Shown piece by piece: positions 41,160 through 53,522 of a DNA stretch of 64,000 nucleotides. Within the stretch, counting starts at the first letter, position 1; each line of letters begins with the position of its first letter. The stretch is from NCBI RefSeq assembly GCF_006345805.1, contig NC_043010.1, positions 11,036,001-11,100,000 of the forward strand, written 5' to 3'. The translations under genes were made by a program, and so were the position numbers. The notes below the pieces were generated by a model, which made no database searches, had not been told where the DNA came from, and was given only the letters and a program-made list of their open reading frames with translations. This DNA comes from Octopus sinensis (taxonomy: Eukaryota).

Positions 41160-41992
41160 CACCAAGTGTTGACTCACCAACACTATCATTGTGTCCAACC
41201 AGAATTGTATGTGGTCTTTCAACGAACTGCTAGAAATAGCACCAGATCTTCCTCAAGTCATAGCCTGAAATATTGGTCTCAGATTTTGGCACAAGGCCAG
41301 CAATTTCATGGGTCGGGATAAGTCAATCACATTGACCTCAGTTTTCAACTTGTACTTAATTTATCGACCCTGAAAGGATGAAAGGCAAAGTCGACCTCGG
41401 CAGAATTTGAACTTAGAACACAAAAACAGACAAAACTCTTAGTAGCATTTTATCATTTTGTCTAGCATGCTAGTAGTTATTCTACCAACTCACTACCTTA
41501 CCATTGCCTAAAATATTGGTTTCAAATTTTGGTGCAAGACCAGCAATTTTGGGGAGATGGGTAAGTCAATTATATTGACAGGCAAACTGCTTAGCAGAAT
41601 TTCGCCTGGCATGCTGGTGATTCTGCCACCTCACCACCAAACCATAGCTTAAAATACTGAATAAAGACAGGGTGCATCAGATAATACAATAAGAATGGTT
41701 GTGTGTGATTAACAAGTTTGCTTCTCAGCTTCATTGCTTTAGGTTCAATCCCACTGCATGGCACTCTGGGTGAGGGTAAGTTGTCTTTTGCTGTAGCCTC
41801 AGGTCATCCAAACCCTTGTGTGTATATTTGATAAACAAAAGTCTAAGGTATGTGGTAAGTAGCTAGCTTACCAACCACATGGTTCTGGGTTCAGTCCCAC
41901 TGTGTGGCACCTTGGGCAAGTGTCTTCTACCATAGCATTGGGCTGGCCAAAGCCTTGTGAGTGGATTTGGTGGACAGAAACTGAAAGAAGCC

Positions 41993-42034
<42 letters not shown>

Positions 42035-42037
<3 letters not shown>

Positions 42038-42395
42038 TAAAAAAATGGAGTTAACACAGGTTTAATCAAATATCTTTACTTTCGACACATGTTTCGAAAA
42101 TTCCACTGATATTATTCAAAAGAATAAATGGTATAAACAATGCAATCTTCTCCTCAGGAAAGTTTAAAAAACGAAACTCGTCAATAGTATCAGTGGAATT
42201 TTTGAAACATGTGTCGAAAGTAAAAATATTTGATTACACCTGCGTTAACTCCATTTTTTTATTCATATTATTCAAAATATTCAACGTAAACACGAAGTTT
42301 CTACCTTTATAAACAAGGAGTTACAACACCTTTACTTGTGAGATTTTTGCTGCCCTGGTAACTATTTATTTATTTTTCCAGGTAAAAATACACTC

Positions 42396-42402
<7 letters not shown>
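42035..42402. mobile_element. Penelope-like pLTR insertion with inverted arms in (TA)n
   Basis: 42031-42116 is the approximate reverse complement of 42183-42268; contains an HHR. Confidence 0.78.
42078..42163 (-). ncRNA. Type-I hammerhead ribozyme with long stem II
   Basis: ACTTTC-CTGAGGA-GAAGATT...AATTTTC-GAAAC-ATGT-GTC-GAAAGT: canonical core, 6-bp stem I, GUC site. Confidence 0.87.
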
Positions 42403-42437
<35 letters not shown>

Positions 42438-42439
<2 letters not shown>

Positions 42440-42689
42440 TCATCATCATCATCGTTTAACGTCCGCTTTCCATGCTAGCATGGGTTTGACGATTTGACTG
42501 AGGACTGACAAACCAGATGGCTGCACCAGGCTCCAATCTGATCTGGTAGAGTTTCTACAGCTGGATGCCCTCCCTAATGCCAACCACTCCGAGAGTGTAG
42601 TGGGTGCTTTTACGTGCCACCGGCACAAAGGCCAGTCAGGTGATACTGGCAACGGCTACACTCAAATGGAGTTTTTTATGTGCCACCGG
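42438..42689 (-). mobile_element. Family C RTE-tail retroposon
   Basis: (CAT)nCGTTTAACGTCCGCTTTCCATGCTAGCATGGG..GGATGCCCTCCCTAATGCCAACCAC. Confidence 0.85.
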
Positions 42690-42996
42690 GTATGTATGTA
42701 TGTGTATATGTTTGTGTGTCTGTGTTTGACAACTGATGCTGGTATGTTTGCATCCCCGTAACTTAGTTGTTCGGCAAAAGGGACCAATAGAATAAGTACT
42801 AGACCTATAAAGAATAAGTCGATTTGCTCAACCAAAGGTGGTGCTCCAGCATGCCCACAGTCAAATGACTGAAACAAGTAAAAGAATAAAAGAATATGTA
42901 TATTATATGGTAATGCTTCAGCAAATAGAAAAGAACTCGGCCATCTGAGAGAATAAAGATAATCTTAAAATAAAAAACCCACAAATTTTGTAAATT

Positions 42997-43053
42997 CAGC
43001 TACCCAGGGTTTTCTGGTTGAAATACTAATTTATTCTGCCATTTATCAAGTTG
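42997..43053 (-). ncRNA. Decayed hammerhead motif in the 3'UTR/pLTR of the Penelope-like fragment
   Basis: CAAC-TTGATAA-ATGG..CCA-GAAAACCC(T)GGGTA-GCTG; core mutated. Confidence 0.4.
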
Positions 43054-43191
43054 AAAACAAGACTGTTTATCAGTTGTCTTTTGAGCAGATAATGTTTAAA
43101 CTAGAGTTGTTTCTAAAGAAGAAAAACACAAGGGAGATAACCAATGTTACAATAATTTGATGTCAAGCAGTTGTAAACCAGATGTGACGGG

Positions 43192-43635
43192 TCATCTACT
43201 TTTAAATTCCAACAAGATGTATTTCTGGTAGTGGGGACATACAGAAAAAATTTCGTTCCTCAAATTTATATATTCATTGGAGGTTCTCAAGTTTTTCAAG
43301 AGAACATACAAAACATCTTTTAGACCCTTTAATATAGGGTCTGCATTTGGAGAGAATTTCCCATTTGTTGTCAAAATTGATTCCTTTGTCTTTAAGTCTC
43401 CAGATTTAAGCCTAAAGTATTGTTGAATGTCTCTTATCATGGTGCCTAAAATTCGAAAAATGGTTGCTATATCTAGATTTAAATTTTCCTTCAACAGTTC
43501 TGATATAACATTTGATATTTGTACATCCATTGTCGTACTTCACTGAAACCTGTACTTCATAAATAACAGGAGATACATCGCACACCTCTCCTAGAGGACA
43601 TTTAGATTTGTCTCTACATGTGCAGTTGAGGAAGG
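43192..43635 (-). pseudogene. Penelope-like element C-terminal GIY-YIG endonuclease (stops and frameshift)
   Basis: NCTCRDKSKCPLGEVC..VIYEVQV..CYIRTVEGKFKSRYSNHFSNFRH..STIL / IWRLKDKG..WEILSKCRPY..CFVCSLEK / INLRNEIFSVCPH. Confidence 0.88.
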
Positions 43636-43667
43636 CTTGAGTCATCCATTGCTTATTGATATATGAC

Positions 43668-44007
43668 AGCTGGCGTCTGTGCCGGTGGCACATAAAAAGC
43701 ACCATCGGAACATGGCCGATGCCAGTGCTGCCTTTACTGGCTTCCATGCCGGTGGCACATTAAAAGCACCATCCGATCGTGGCCAATGCCAGACTAGCCT
43801 GGCACCTGTGCCGGTGGCACGTAAAAAGCACCCACTACACTCGCGGAGTGGTTGGCATTAGGAAGGGCATCCAGCTGTAGAAGCACTGCCATATCAGACT
43901 GACTGGAGCCTGGTGCAGCCCCTGGCTTCCCAGATCCCCCAGTCAAACCGTCCAACCCGTGTTAGCGCGGAAAACGGACGTTAAACGATGATGATGATGA
44001 TGATGAT
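43668..44007 (+). mobile_element. Family C RTE-tail retroposon abutting the 5' break of the Penelope-like fragment
   Basis: Three TGCCGGTGGCAC..AAAAGCACC units, GGAAGGGCATCCAGC, (GAT)n tail. Confidence 0.88.
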
Positions 44008-44760
44008 TAGGGGGATAAGAAAAGGTAACATTGTCCTCCTAATGTTAAGTCATTTATCAATGAGCAACAGATGACTCAAGCCACAAGCCTACTCCCAGAT
44101 GCACATGTAGAGACAGTACAATACAGTCAGTACAAATTCTATCTGATCCATGCAAGCATGGAAGAGTAAACATGAAAATGATAATGATGATGAGAAGTGT
44201 CATAAAAAGATGAGAGATCTGTATAGATTTGCGGCTAAACAGCAGAATTCAATGATTCAAAGCATGTGTATGATGAGCCATGTTAAGAAGCAAAGAGGCA
44301 GGTGTAAATATGAGTCAACAGTTCAGAGGTATGCGTATACAGGAATACACACACACACACACACCACACAAACACACAAACCTTAACAGAAGACAGACAG
44401 ACACGTTAAAAAATCACTGGTTGAAATCCTGCTACCACTCCACTACAGCCCAAATCCCACGCTCCATCTCTCCTTTTTCTGTCTCTATGGTTTCCTGTAC
44501 CTATTAGTATTTGGTACCCCAAATAGGTATAAATAGTTGAAGTGCTGCATAATTGATACATTTGATGAGCCTATCAAGATCCCATAACTCTAAAGTAGGA
44601 AGTGGTAAGTCAAGTGAATACCCATCTTCAGATTAGGATTCAGCTATTTCTCAAGGAACTGTGCCATTTTATGCATCCAGACCAAAAGTTTTATTATAGA
44701 CTCTATTTTATTTATATAATTGTTTATGTATTTATTTATTTTATATCATAATTGATGAAT

Positions 44761-45151
44761 ACTCTTTTACTCTTTTACTTGTTTCAGTCATTTGACTGCG
44801 GCCATGCTGGAGCACCGCATTTAGTCGAGCAAATCGACCCCGGGACTCATTCTTTGTAAGCCCAGTACTTATTCTATTGGTCTCTTTTTGCCGAACCGCT
44901 AAGTGACAGGGACGTAAACACACCAGCATCGGGAACTAACACAGGCACACAAACACACATATATACATATATATATATACATATATATGACAGGCTTCTT
45001 TTCAGTTTCCGTCTACCAAATCCACTCACAAGGCATTGGTCGGCCCGGGGCTATAGCAGAAGACACTTGCCCAAGATGCCACGCAGTGGGACTGAACCCA
45101 AATCCATGTGGTTGGTTAGCAAGCTATTTACCACACAGCCACTCCTGTGCC
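44761..45151 (-). mobile_element. SINE family A
   Basis: Head, core and tail on the reverse strand. Confidence 0.9.
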
Positions 45152-45649
45152 TATAATACATTGTCTAATATGAATTTTGTCCTATAGTACCAACTGTTTT
45201 TCCCTATTTGCTTCGACAAGAAAGTATTAAAAAATGGTTAATATTTCCTTCAAACTTTGTTTTTGTTACATTTATTCAAATCCCAAAGAATCCCCCTCGA
45301 CACATGGCCATGATGCTCCCCCACTACTCCTGCTCAGAATCAGAGATGCACATATTGTATGCCACTAAGGGACGTGCTCAAGTGGTTGAAGTCAAGCAAC
45401 TGACAGGCAGACCGGTGATATTGAGTGGAATATTTACTACAATGATATTTCTGCTTCAGCAGGTCAGCACTGAATGTGTCTGAAATGTAATGGGAAATAG
45501 GTCAATTTCTAAACGTTGATGTCCAGGTCACAAAAGTAAAGTTTGAAGGGAATAGTAGTTATTTCCTTTGATTTCTAGACAGAATTAAATAGAAAATAAC
45601 ACTTACTGACCAGCAACAAAAAAAAAAATTTAATTTGTTACATCTGTCC

Positions 45650-45997
45650 TTCTGCAACGGCGCTTGCGGTGGTTAGGCCATGCATGTAGGCATCCGGTGG
45701 GTGAACTGAGCCGTGATGTCCTTCTCCCAACTCCACTTCCCAACTGGCGGAAACGCGCGGGCAGGCAGCTGAAGACCTGGGTTACAATGATCAAGGAGGA
45801 CCTCTCTATTCTCACGGGACTGTAGGTGGTCGGCCTGCACCGATGGAATCGTGACTGGTTCACTATCTCCAGTGAACTGGTGCAGGACCGTCGTGCGTGG
45901 GCTGCCATGGTTCAAGATGCCTCGAGGGTGGTAGAAGAAGCCGACTCAACCCGCCCAGGGTGAATGTCGCCACAAGTACAGGTAAAGTAAGTAAGTA
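45650..45997 (+). pseudogene. Second RTE-clade LINE family, 3' end with (AAGT)n tail
   Basis: LQRRLRWLGHACRHP..LPNWRKRAGRQLKTW..ELVQDRRAWAAMV..; tail GTAAAGTAAGTAAGTA. Confidence 0.85.
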
Positions 45998-46179
45998 CAA
46001 CATAATTGGGGTTTCAATCACTACTTTGCTGCAAGATCTCCTCCGAATTCCAACTTACTATCTTTAAAAAGAAATGGAAAATCATTGGATAACGTGTTCC
46101 TTGATACTTCTACAAAGTCAGGGTAGTTGAGGCTGAAATGTTTTTGATCATAGGTCTACTCAATCAGGACACAGAAACT

Positions 46180-46371
46180 TCTGCAACAGCGCTTGCGGTG
46201 GGTGAACTGAGCCATGGTGTCTTTCTCCCAACTCCACTTCCCAACTGGTGGAAACGTGCGGGCAGGCAGCTGAAGACCTGGGTTAAGACGATCAAGAAGG
46301 ACCTCTCCGTGCTCACGGGTCCGCAGGTGGTTGGCCTGTGCCGATGGAACCGTGACTGGCTCGCTATCTCT
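46180..46371 (+). pseudogene. Partial second copy of the same RTE fragment
   Basis: TPLPNWWKRAGRQLKTWVKTIKKDL; paralogous to 45650-45868 with an internal deletion. Confidence 0.8.
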
Positions 46372-47830
46372 AACACAGAAACTCTAACAAATATCAAATT
46401 CTTACAGAAATATGTGAATGAAGAAATGGTGAGGTTTGATCTCAAGTTTCTCGGTGTCACAAAGGAAGTGACAAAGAACTGCAGCAAGTGAAGTGATGCC
46501 GTGTTGAAACAAACCTATCCGTTCCATTCTAATATGGAAGAGCTAACATAAAAATGATAAAACTAAGATGGAAGGAAAACAGAAAACATGAAAAAGTTTT
46601 GTTAACTTGGCTTCTTTTGATGAAGCTGTAAAGCAATATCATTTTGGGTAGGTAATTTTAAGAGAATTCGGAAAAGGGTACTTTAGGACCACAACATTAT
46701 TTCAGTTTTATTGTATTAAACAAATGAGGGGTTAAGTTTTCCTTGGTCAGGATCACAGTCTTTTTCTAAGCAACATTTCCAGAAGATATGGTATCTATTC
46801 TTATCAGCTGAATGAAATGAATCGTATTAAATTAAATGTGATCTCTTTGCCAAACACACATTATCTGCCGTGAATTTTTGAAGTTAAGACATTCTAGTCC
46901 AATACCTTATCCACTCAGCCATAGAGGTTCTGGTATATTTTATTGGTTTTATTGATCCCAGAAGGATGAAAATCAAAGCCAAGTTTGGTGAGATTTCAGC
47001 TAGTTGCAGTAAAGCAGTCACTCAGCCATTCAAATGTCTTGGCCAACAACCTCACCATCCTGCCCTGCCTTTGAAAAATAAATAAATAAATAAATAAATA
47101 TATAAAAATAAAGATAAAAATGGAAAGCACCAAACCAGGTTCATAACTAGGATGTTCTAAATGTTTCAAGAAAAGAAATATTGTAGTGCTAAAATCCTAT
47201 CCTCATGGGGTGGGTGTGAATATTTTTCAAATAATCTTTTTTTGAAATATTTCAACGGTAAAATTAAACCAGTTCATTGCTGTAATATAATCTTTGTAAT
47301 TTTACATAATCACATGAACATACTATCTTAAAAATTTAAATTTTAAAATCTTACATGATTCAGTAACAAGGAAATTCTTGATCTCGTTAGCATAAAGTGG
47401 TGTAGAGCCCAAACGGTCTCATGAAAGATAGGCTGATAAGGGCTTCATGCTGCCATTAAGAAACCTGCTGGTTCAGGTTCAAGAATTCTCAAATCAATTT
47501 TTATTCCATTTATTCTCAGATTTATATGTTTATATATTTTTTTATATTAATATATTCGTTTATTTAGTTATTCAAAATTTTCCATTGATAAAATTGAGAT
47601 GTTTCCATAAACTAAGATTAGGACAAGATGTCTGACATGAGATCTAAAATGATAATTCGAACTCAAATCAAAATTCAATGAAAATTCAAATATTAGCTTG
47701 ATTTTTAATTGCAATTAAAGAAAAATGAATTTAATTTTTCCAATCTCCTTTTTGTTTATCAAAGTATTCCCAAATACACAAATTTTCCCAAGAGATGGCA
47801 TCAATTATAAGGGAGATAATCATTGCTTCA

Positions 47831-48657
47831 TGTATATATATACTACATATGTGGGCAATTCTGTCTGAGGGTGTGTTTGTGGAGTTGTTAGCTAACTCCT
47901 CCTACATCGTTTTATCAATTTTCATGCAACTTGACATGTGAGTAGAACTCATGTCTGGAAACCACATGGCATACGCAGATTGTTGAAAAAAATCGATAAT
48001 ATGACCTCTGGGAGGGATCCTTATATATAACCAAGGGAAATAATCCATTCATTTTCTGAAATTATTTCGTATAAACCAAACAGAGTATGCTTATTTCTTA
48101 GTATTTGAACTATTAGAGTTATTATTGCAATTAATCCAGTACAAACCTTTAAACAAGTAAATGGTATTTTCCTAAACAATAGATCCACTTATTTCAGTTA
48201 GTAACTCATTCACGACTATACCAACACTAGCGCCACTGAGGGTAGTATTCTCTGGGATCGCACAAAAACCCTTTCCAGAGTTATTTACTTTGAATTGTTA
48301 TTATCTCATATCTGATCACCCTGTTATTACATAACATGCTTCACAATTTTAGTATACATAGCTTATTAGTATTTCCTCCCAAGTTCTATATACTCTGGGA
48401 ATGCATTAAAACACTTTTCAGGGCTACTATATTTGTACTCTTACTATCAGGTCACAAATCTGGGTATTCATAACTTTTTGGGAATTCCTAAAAACAAATC
48501 CTCTGTAAGACAGTTCGGTATTCTCTGTAAATGCACAAAAACCGTTTTAAGGGCTACATAATTTGTATTGTTGTTATTGGATTAGCGAAACAATTATGAG
48601 AACGGAACCAAGGGATAAGCCCTGCTTTCCTGGGAATTACTGGTCATGTCAGTTAGT
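47831..48657 (+). mobile_element. Degenerate Helitron-like element
   Basis: 5' TGTATATATATACTAC; 3' CCTGGGAATTACTGG..TCAGTTAGT resembles decayed hairpin+CTAG; internal diverged repeats. Confidence 0.4.
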
Positions 48658-48670
48658 GTATGTATATCGT

Positions 48671-48850
48671 TAGCCACTTCACACATTCTTTCTCTCCTTG
48701 TTTTTTCTGTGTACCTTTCTGTAGAAGAGCGTAGGCTCAAAACGTAAAAGACTTTCTCTATTCCTGAACGCTATACTAATACATCTGTTTGTTTTGTACA
48801 ACACCTGTCTTCGCCTTTTGCTTTTTTTCATAAACTTTCCCTATATATAT
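48671..48850 (+). mobile_element. Short Penelope-like pLTR element with A6U HHR (48715-48750, G12 decayed)
   Basis: CTTT-CTGTAGA-A-GAGC(GTAG)GCTC-AAAAC-GTA-AAAG; followed by (TA)n. Confidence 0.72.
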
Positions 48851-49313
48851 ACGTAGATATATATGTACACAAACACACACACACACACATATATATATAT
48901 ATGAATGTAAAATTAAGGAATTAGCCAGAAAAAAGATGCATAGAATTTGTATATCTAATTTTTTATTTACTGGGAGATTGATTCATATTGAAAATTTCAT
49001 TGGTTGGTTATACAACTATGAATGGATGCCAGCCTTTTGGATGTGATGCTGTTACTCTCTTGATAGAGCTTCAAGATCCTGACTGTTGGTTTTGTAGGAT
49101 TCCTCTACTCAGCATCGATGTAAGAAGCAACGTTGGTGCATGTGAGCTCTTCTACAGCCTCTTCACAATCCTCAATGCTACAGCTCCATGACTTCACCGT
49201 ATCCCTAACAGGGTGGATGAATGATTACAATGCCTTTCCAAAGAGCTGTCCATAGCTATGCAAGGCATGGTCATCACTCCATGAGGTATTTTCAAGATTC
49301 TCATATACCCACA

Positions 49314-49314
<1 letters not shown>

Positions 49315-49346
<32 letters not shown>

Positions 49347-49686
49347 TGTATGTATGTATGTGTGTATGTATGTATATATGTATGTATGTATGTATGTATG
49401 TAGTGTGTGTGTGTATATATGTATGTATGTGTGTGTATGTAGTGTGTGTGTGTATGTATGTATGTATTTATGTATGCATGTATGTATGAATGCATGTATG
49501 TATGCATGTATGTATGTATGTATGTATGCATGCATGTATGCATGTATGCATGTATGCATGTATGTATGCATGTATGCATGTATGTATGTATGTATGTATG
49601 TATGTATATATGTATGTATGTATGTATTATATATGTATGCATGTGTGTATGTATGTATGTATGTATGTATGTATGTGTGTGTGTGT
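49315..49686. repeat. (TATG)n microsatellite
   Basis: Direct inspection. Confidence 0.92.
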
Positions 49687-50025
49687 TACTTTAGCCTTCA
49701 CATTGCACCATTGTAATAAACAACAATCGCTGTCATTCATTTTCAGTCTTCCAGTAAAACCTGTCTGCCCATAGTGAAACATTACTTTGCTTGGAAACAA
49801 GTGAGGGTTTGTGATTAGAAGGGCATCCGGCTATTGAAAAGCAGGCTTGTGGATTCCATGCAGTCCTTGCAAGCATGAAAGTGAATGTTAAAATGATGAT
49901 GATGCTGATGCTGATGATGATGGTGATGATATGTGTGTATGTGTGTGTGTGCGCATATGCATATAGATATATATACATATATACATATGTACATACACAT
50001 ACACATATACATATACACATATATA

Positions 50026-50213
50026 TCGCCATGATAGAACCTTAGCCACTACACACATTTTTTTCTCTCCTTGTTTTTTCTGTGTCCCTTTCTGTCGAAG
50101 AGCGTAGGCTCAAAACGTAAAAGACATTTTCAATTCCTGAGCATTATACTAATACATCTGTTTGTTTTGTACACCACCTGTCTTCGTCTTTTGTTTCTTT
50201 CGTAAACTCTCCC
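50026..50213 (+). mobile_element. Short Penelope-like pLTR element with A6U HHR (50088-50123, G12 decayed)
   Basis: CTTT-CTGTCGA-A-GAGC(GTAG)GCTC-AAAAC-GTA-AAAG; (TA)n on both sides. Confidence 0.74.
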
Positions 50214-50619
50214 TATATATATATATATATATATATTCACATACTTACACACATACTCAAACATGTATACATATATGCATATACATGATTATATACACAC
50301 CTATATTTGTGGCAGGGGTCGTGTGTTTGTCCGTGTATGCCTTTGTTTGTATGTATACATACTTACATAGATGCCTCCATACAAATGCTTTTGTACTTAA
50401 GAAGCAGATCTCTGAATATTTTGATACATATATAAGTGTCATATCTGTACTAATTCATAAGAATACATAAATATGATGTAGTTATTTTAGAGCTATATCA
50501 AAACTTTCAATAGCATGGCATGAATGAAATAAATTATGATACCTGACCAGTGGATGATATCCCTGCAGAATACAAATTCAATGGACAAGGATTAGAGTTC
50601 AAACATTAGTGTGTCCATT

Positions 50620-50848
50620 TTGACCCTTTAGTGTTCACATTATTCTACCAAAATTAATGCTTCTTTATCCACGTTGTTTTGAACTAATCATGCATTATCT
50701 TGTAGCTATGAGATTTTGATGAGGTAGCTGTTAATTTTTAAAACGATATTGTGGGGTTGGTGTGAGAGACCTGATCTGGTCAGTTTGAACATAAAACAGG
50801 CAGAATACTTTTGGCCGGATATGGCCGGTTTAAATGCTAAAGGGTTAA
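50620..50848. mobile_element. piggyBac-like MITE
   Basis: TTGA-CCCTTTAGTGTT ... AATGCTAAAGGG-TTAA termini. Confidence 0.6.
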
Positions 50849-51518
50849 TGATATTCTGTCAACAGCTGAGATAATAGTGAAGAATACATGTCTAATGCAC
50901 TGTTGGCTACAAACATGCAAATTATAATAGACTTGCACGACATGATGAACGCAGAGAAAGGGAACAGTAGTGTAATATGTAAATCCAGTGGTGAACAGCT
51001 TGAGTTCTTACATGAAAGATCCTTAGCATCAATAATATTGCTTATTAGAATTGTAGAGGAAAGGAAGGGTTGATGCTGTGACACTCATAGCATTCCCAGA
51101 AGTATTTGCTGCATGAGAGAAGTGAAAAGAAATGAGTAGGAAAATCAAAACAATGCAATGGATTTCCTTTCCATAGGGATTCGGAAAGTAATATACAGTG
51201 TTAGTCAGAAAAGACGAGATTTTTAATTTCATTACAGGCTTCAGATTTGTTCTTTGATTCTTTTATGGGTTTCAGTCATTTGACTGAGGCAATATTGGGG
51301 TTCTGTGCTCAAGAGTTTTAAGTCAATTATATCGAACCCACAGTACTTGTATAGAGTTAGACTTCTGTTTATCAAATGGGTTTGTTAAACCATTTAAGCA
51401 CGAAATTATGCAAGTGAATGCTTTGATAAACACTGGAAGACACAAAAAGACATACACACAAGCACATGCATGCACACACACACATGCTTGTATATATACA
51501 CACACACACACACATACA

Positions 51519-52166
51519 GTGCAGGAGTGGCTGTGTGGTAAGTAGCTTGCTTACCAACCACATGGTTCCGGGTTCAGTCCCACTGCGTGGCACCTTGGGC
51601 AAGTGTCTTCTACTATACCCTCGGGCCGACCAAAGCCTTGTGAGTGGATTTGGTAGACAGAAACTGAAAGAAGCCCGTCGTATATATGTATATATATATA
51701 TATGTGTGTGTGTGTGTATGCTTGTGTGTCTGTGTTTGTCCCCCTAGCATTGCTTGACAACCGATGCTGGTGTGTTTACGTCCCCGTCATTTAGCGGTTC
51801 GGCAAAAGAGACCGATAGAATAAGTACTGGGCTTACAAAAGAATAAGTCCCGGGGTCGATTTGCTCGACTAAAGGTGGTGCTCCAGCATGGCCGCAGTCA
51901 AAATGACTGAAACAAGTAAAAGAGTAAAAGAGTATATATATGTGTGTGTGTATGTTTGTGTGTCTGTGTTCATCCCCCTAGCATTGCTTGACAACCGATA
52001 CTGGTGTGTTTACGTCCCCGTTACTTAGCGGTTCGGCAAAAGAGGCCGATAGAATAAGTACTGGGCTTACAAAAGAATAAGTCCCGGGGTCGATTTGCTC
52101 AACTAAAGGTGGTGCTCCAGCATGGCCGCAATCAAATGACTCAAAGAAATAAAAGAGTAAAAGAGA
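51519..52166 (+). mobile_element. SINE family A with tandem duplication of its 3' half
   Basis: Full copy at 51519-51933 followed by a repeat of the post-microsatellite half at 51934-52166. Confidence 0.9.
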
Positions 52167-52530
52167 ATATACATATGCAATAGGCTTCTTTTAGTTTCCA
52201 TCTACAATAGCCACTCACAAGGCATTGGTCGACCTGAGACCTGAGACCATAGTAGGAGACACTTATACAAGATGTCACCCAAAACCACGAGGATGGAAAG
52301 AAAACCTCTTAACAACAGAAACCTGTCTGCAACTATGTGGTTAAGAAGCTCACTTTGCAATGACGTGATTTGCAGTTCAGTCCTACTGCATGGCATCTTC
52401 ATGTCTTCTACTACAGGCCTGGGCAGAACAATACCTTGTGAGTGTCTTTGATAGGTAGAAACTAAACTGAGTGGATGCCCAATGTGTACATATGTATGTA
52501 TGTATGTATGTATGTCTATCTATCTATCTA

Positions 52531-52571
<41 letters not shown>

Positions 52572-52691
52572 ATATATATATATATATATACACATATATA
52601 TATACATATATATACCTATATATACATACATATATACATATTAGAATATATACATATATATATATTAGAATATATACATATATACATTAGA

Positions 52692-52770
<79 letters not shown>

Positions 52771-52873
52771 CATTATATACATATATATATATACGTATAT
52801 ATATATATTTATATATTTATATATATATATATATATATTTATATATTTTATATTATATATATATATATATGTA

Positions 52874-52917
<44 letters not shown>

Positions 52918-53481
52918 TATATATACACACATACACACACACACACATGAGGTGGTATCAAGAGGTTGCTAGACTAGTTATGTTTAATAAAAAACTTATT
53001 TACTTAAGTTTTAATATCAGGAGTAAATATATTTACTCATGTACAAATATACACATGCATACATATACACATGTATACATATATTTAAGTCCACGCACAC
53101 ATAAACACGCACACACACATACGTCCATACTGAATTAGCCATCATATAATCCTATATCTGATTCGAAGATTTTATCTGTTGTAAAAGTTACTTCAAAAGC
53201 CCTTTACAACTTAACACACATAACATGTATATTATATATATAAATATATATATATATATATAACAATAATAAATCTCTAAGCGAGGTATAAACAGTAACT
53301 GCTCTGTAATATAAGCGGGATCAGCCATCTGAATGTGGCTAGGGACAGGGTGGGGTGGTGGGGGTGCTACTGATGCATTTAGCCCCAGGCGACTATAGAC
53401 GTCACCAGAAGAGCCGACACCATACGGTGTCCTTGCTAGCCTGCAAAGGGAGATCAGCCTCTCCGAAGATACGGATGCTAC

Positions 53482-53522
53482 ACACGGACCGGTTTCGAGG
53501 TGGTCGCCTCTCGTCAGCGCAT
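53482..53522 (-). ncRNA. Type-I hammerhead ribozyme (inverted copy)
   Basis: Reverse complement of ATGCG-CTGACGA-GAGG(CGACCA)CCTC-GAAAC-CG-GTC-CGTGT. Confidence 0.9.

Larger units (their letters stand above)
41848..42893 (+). mobile_element. SINE family A split by nested insertions in its internal microsatellite
   Basis: 5' half at 41848-41997 and 3' half at about 42690-42893. Confidence 0.75.

Noticed and set aside
50846-51084. Overlapping 61-79-aa ORFs in unique sequence
   Set aside because: No recognisable motif or consistent splice signals
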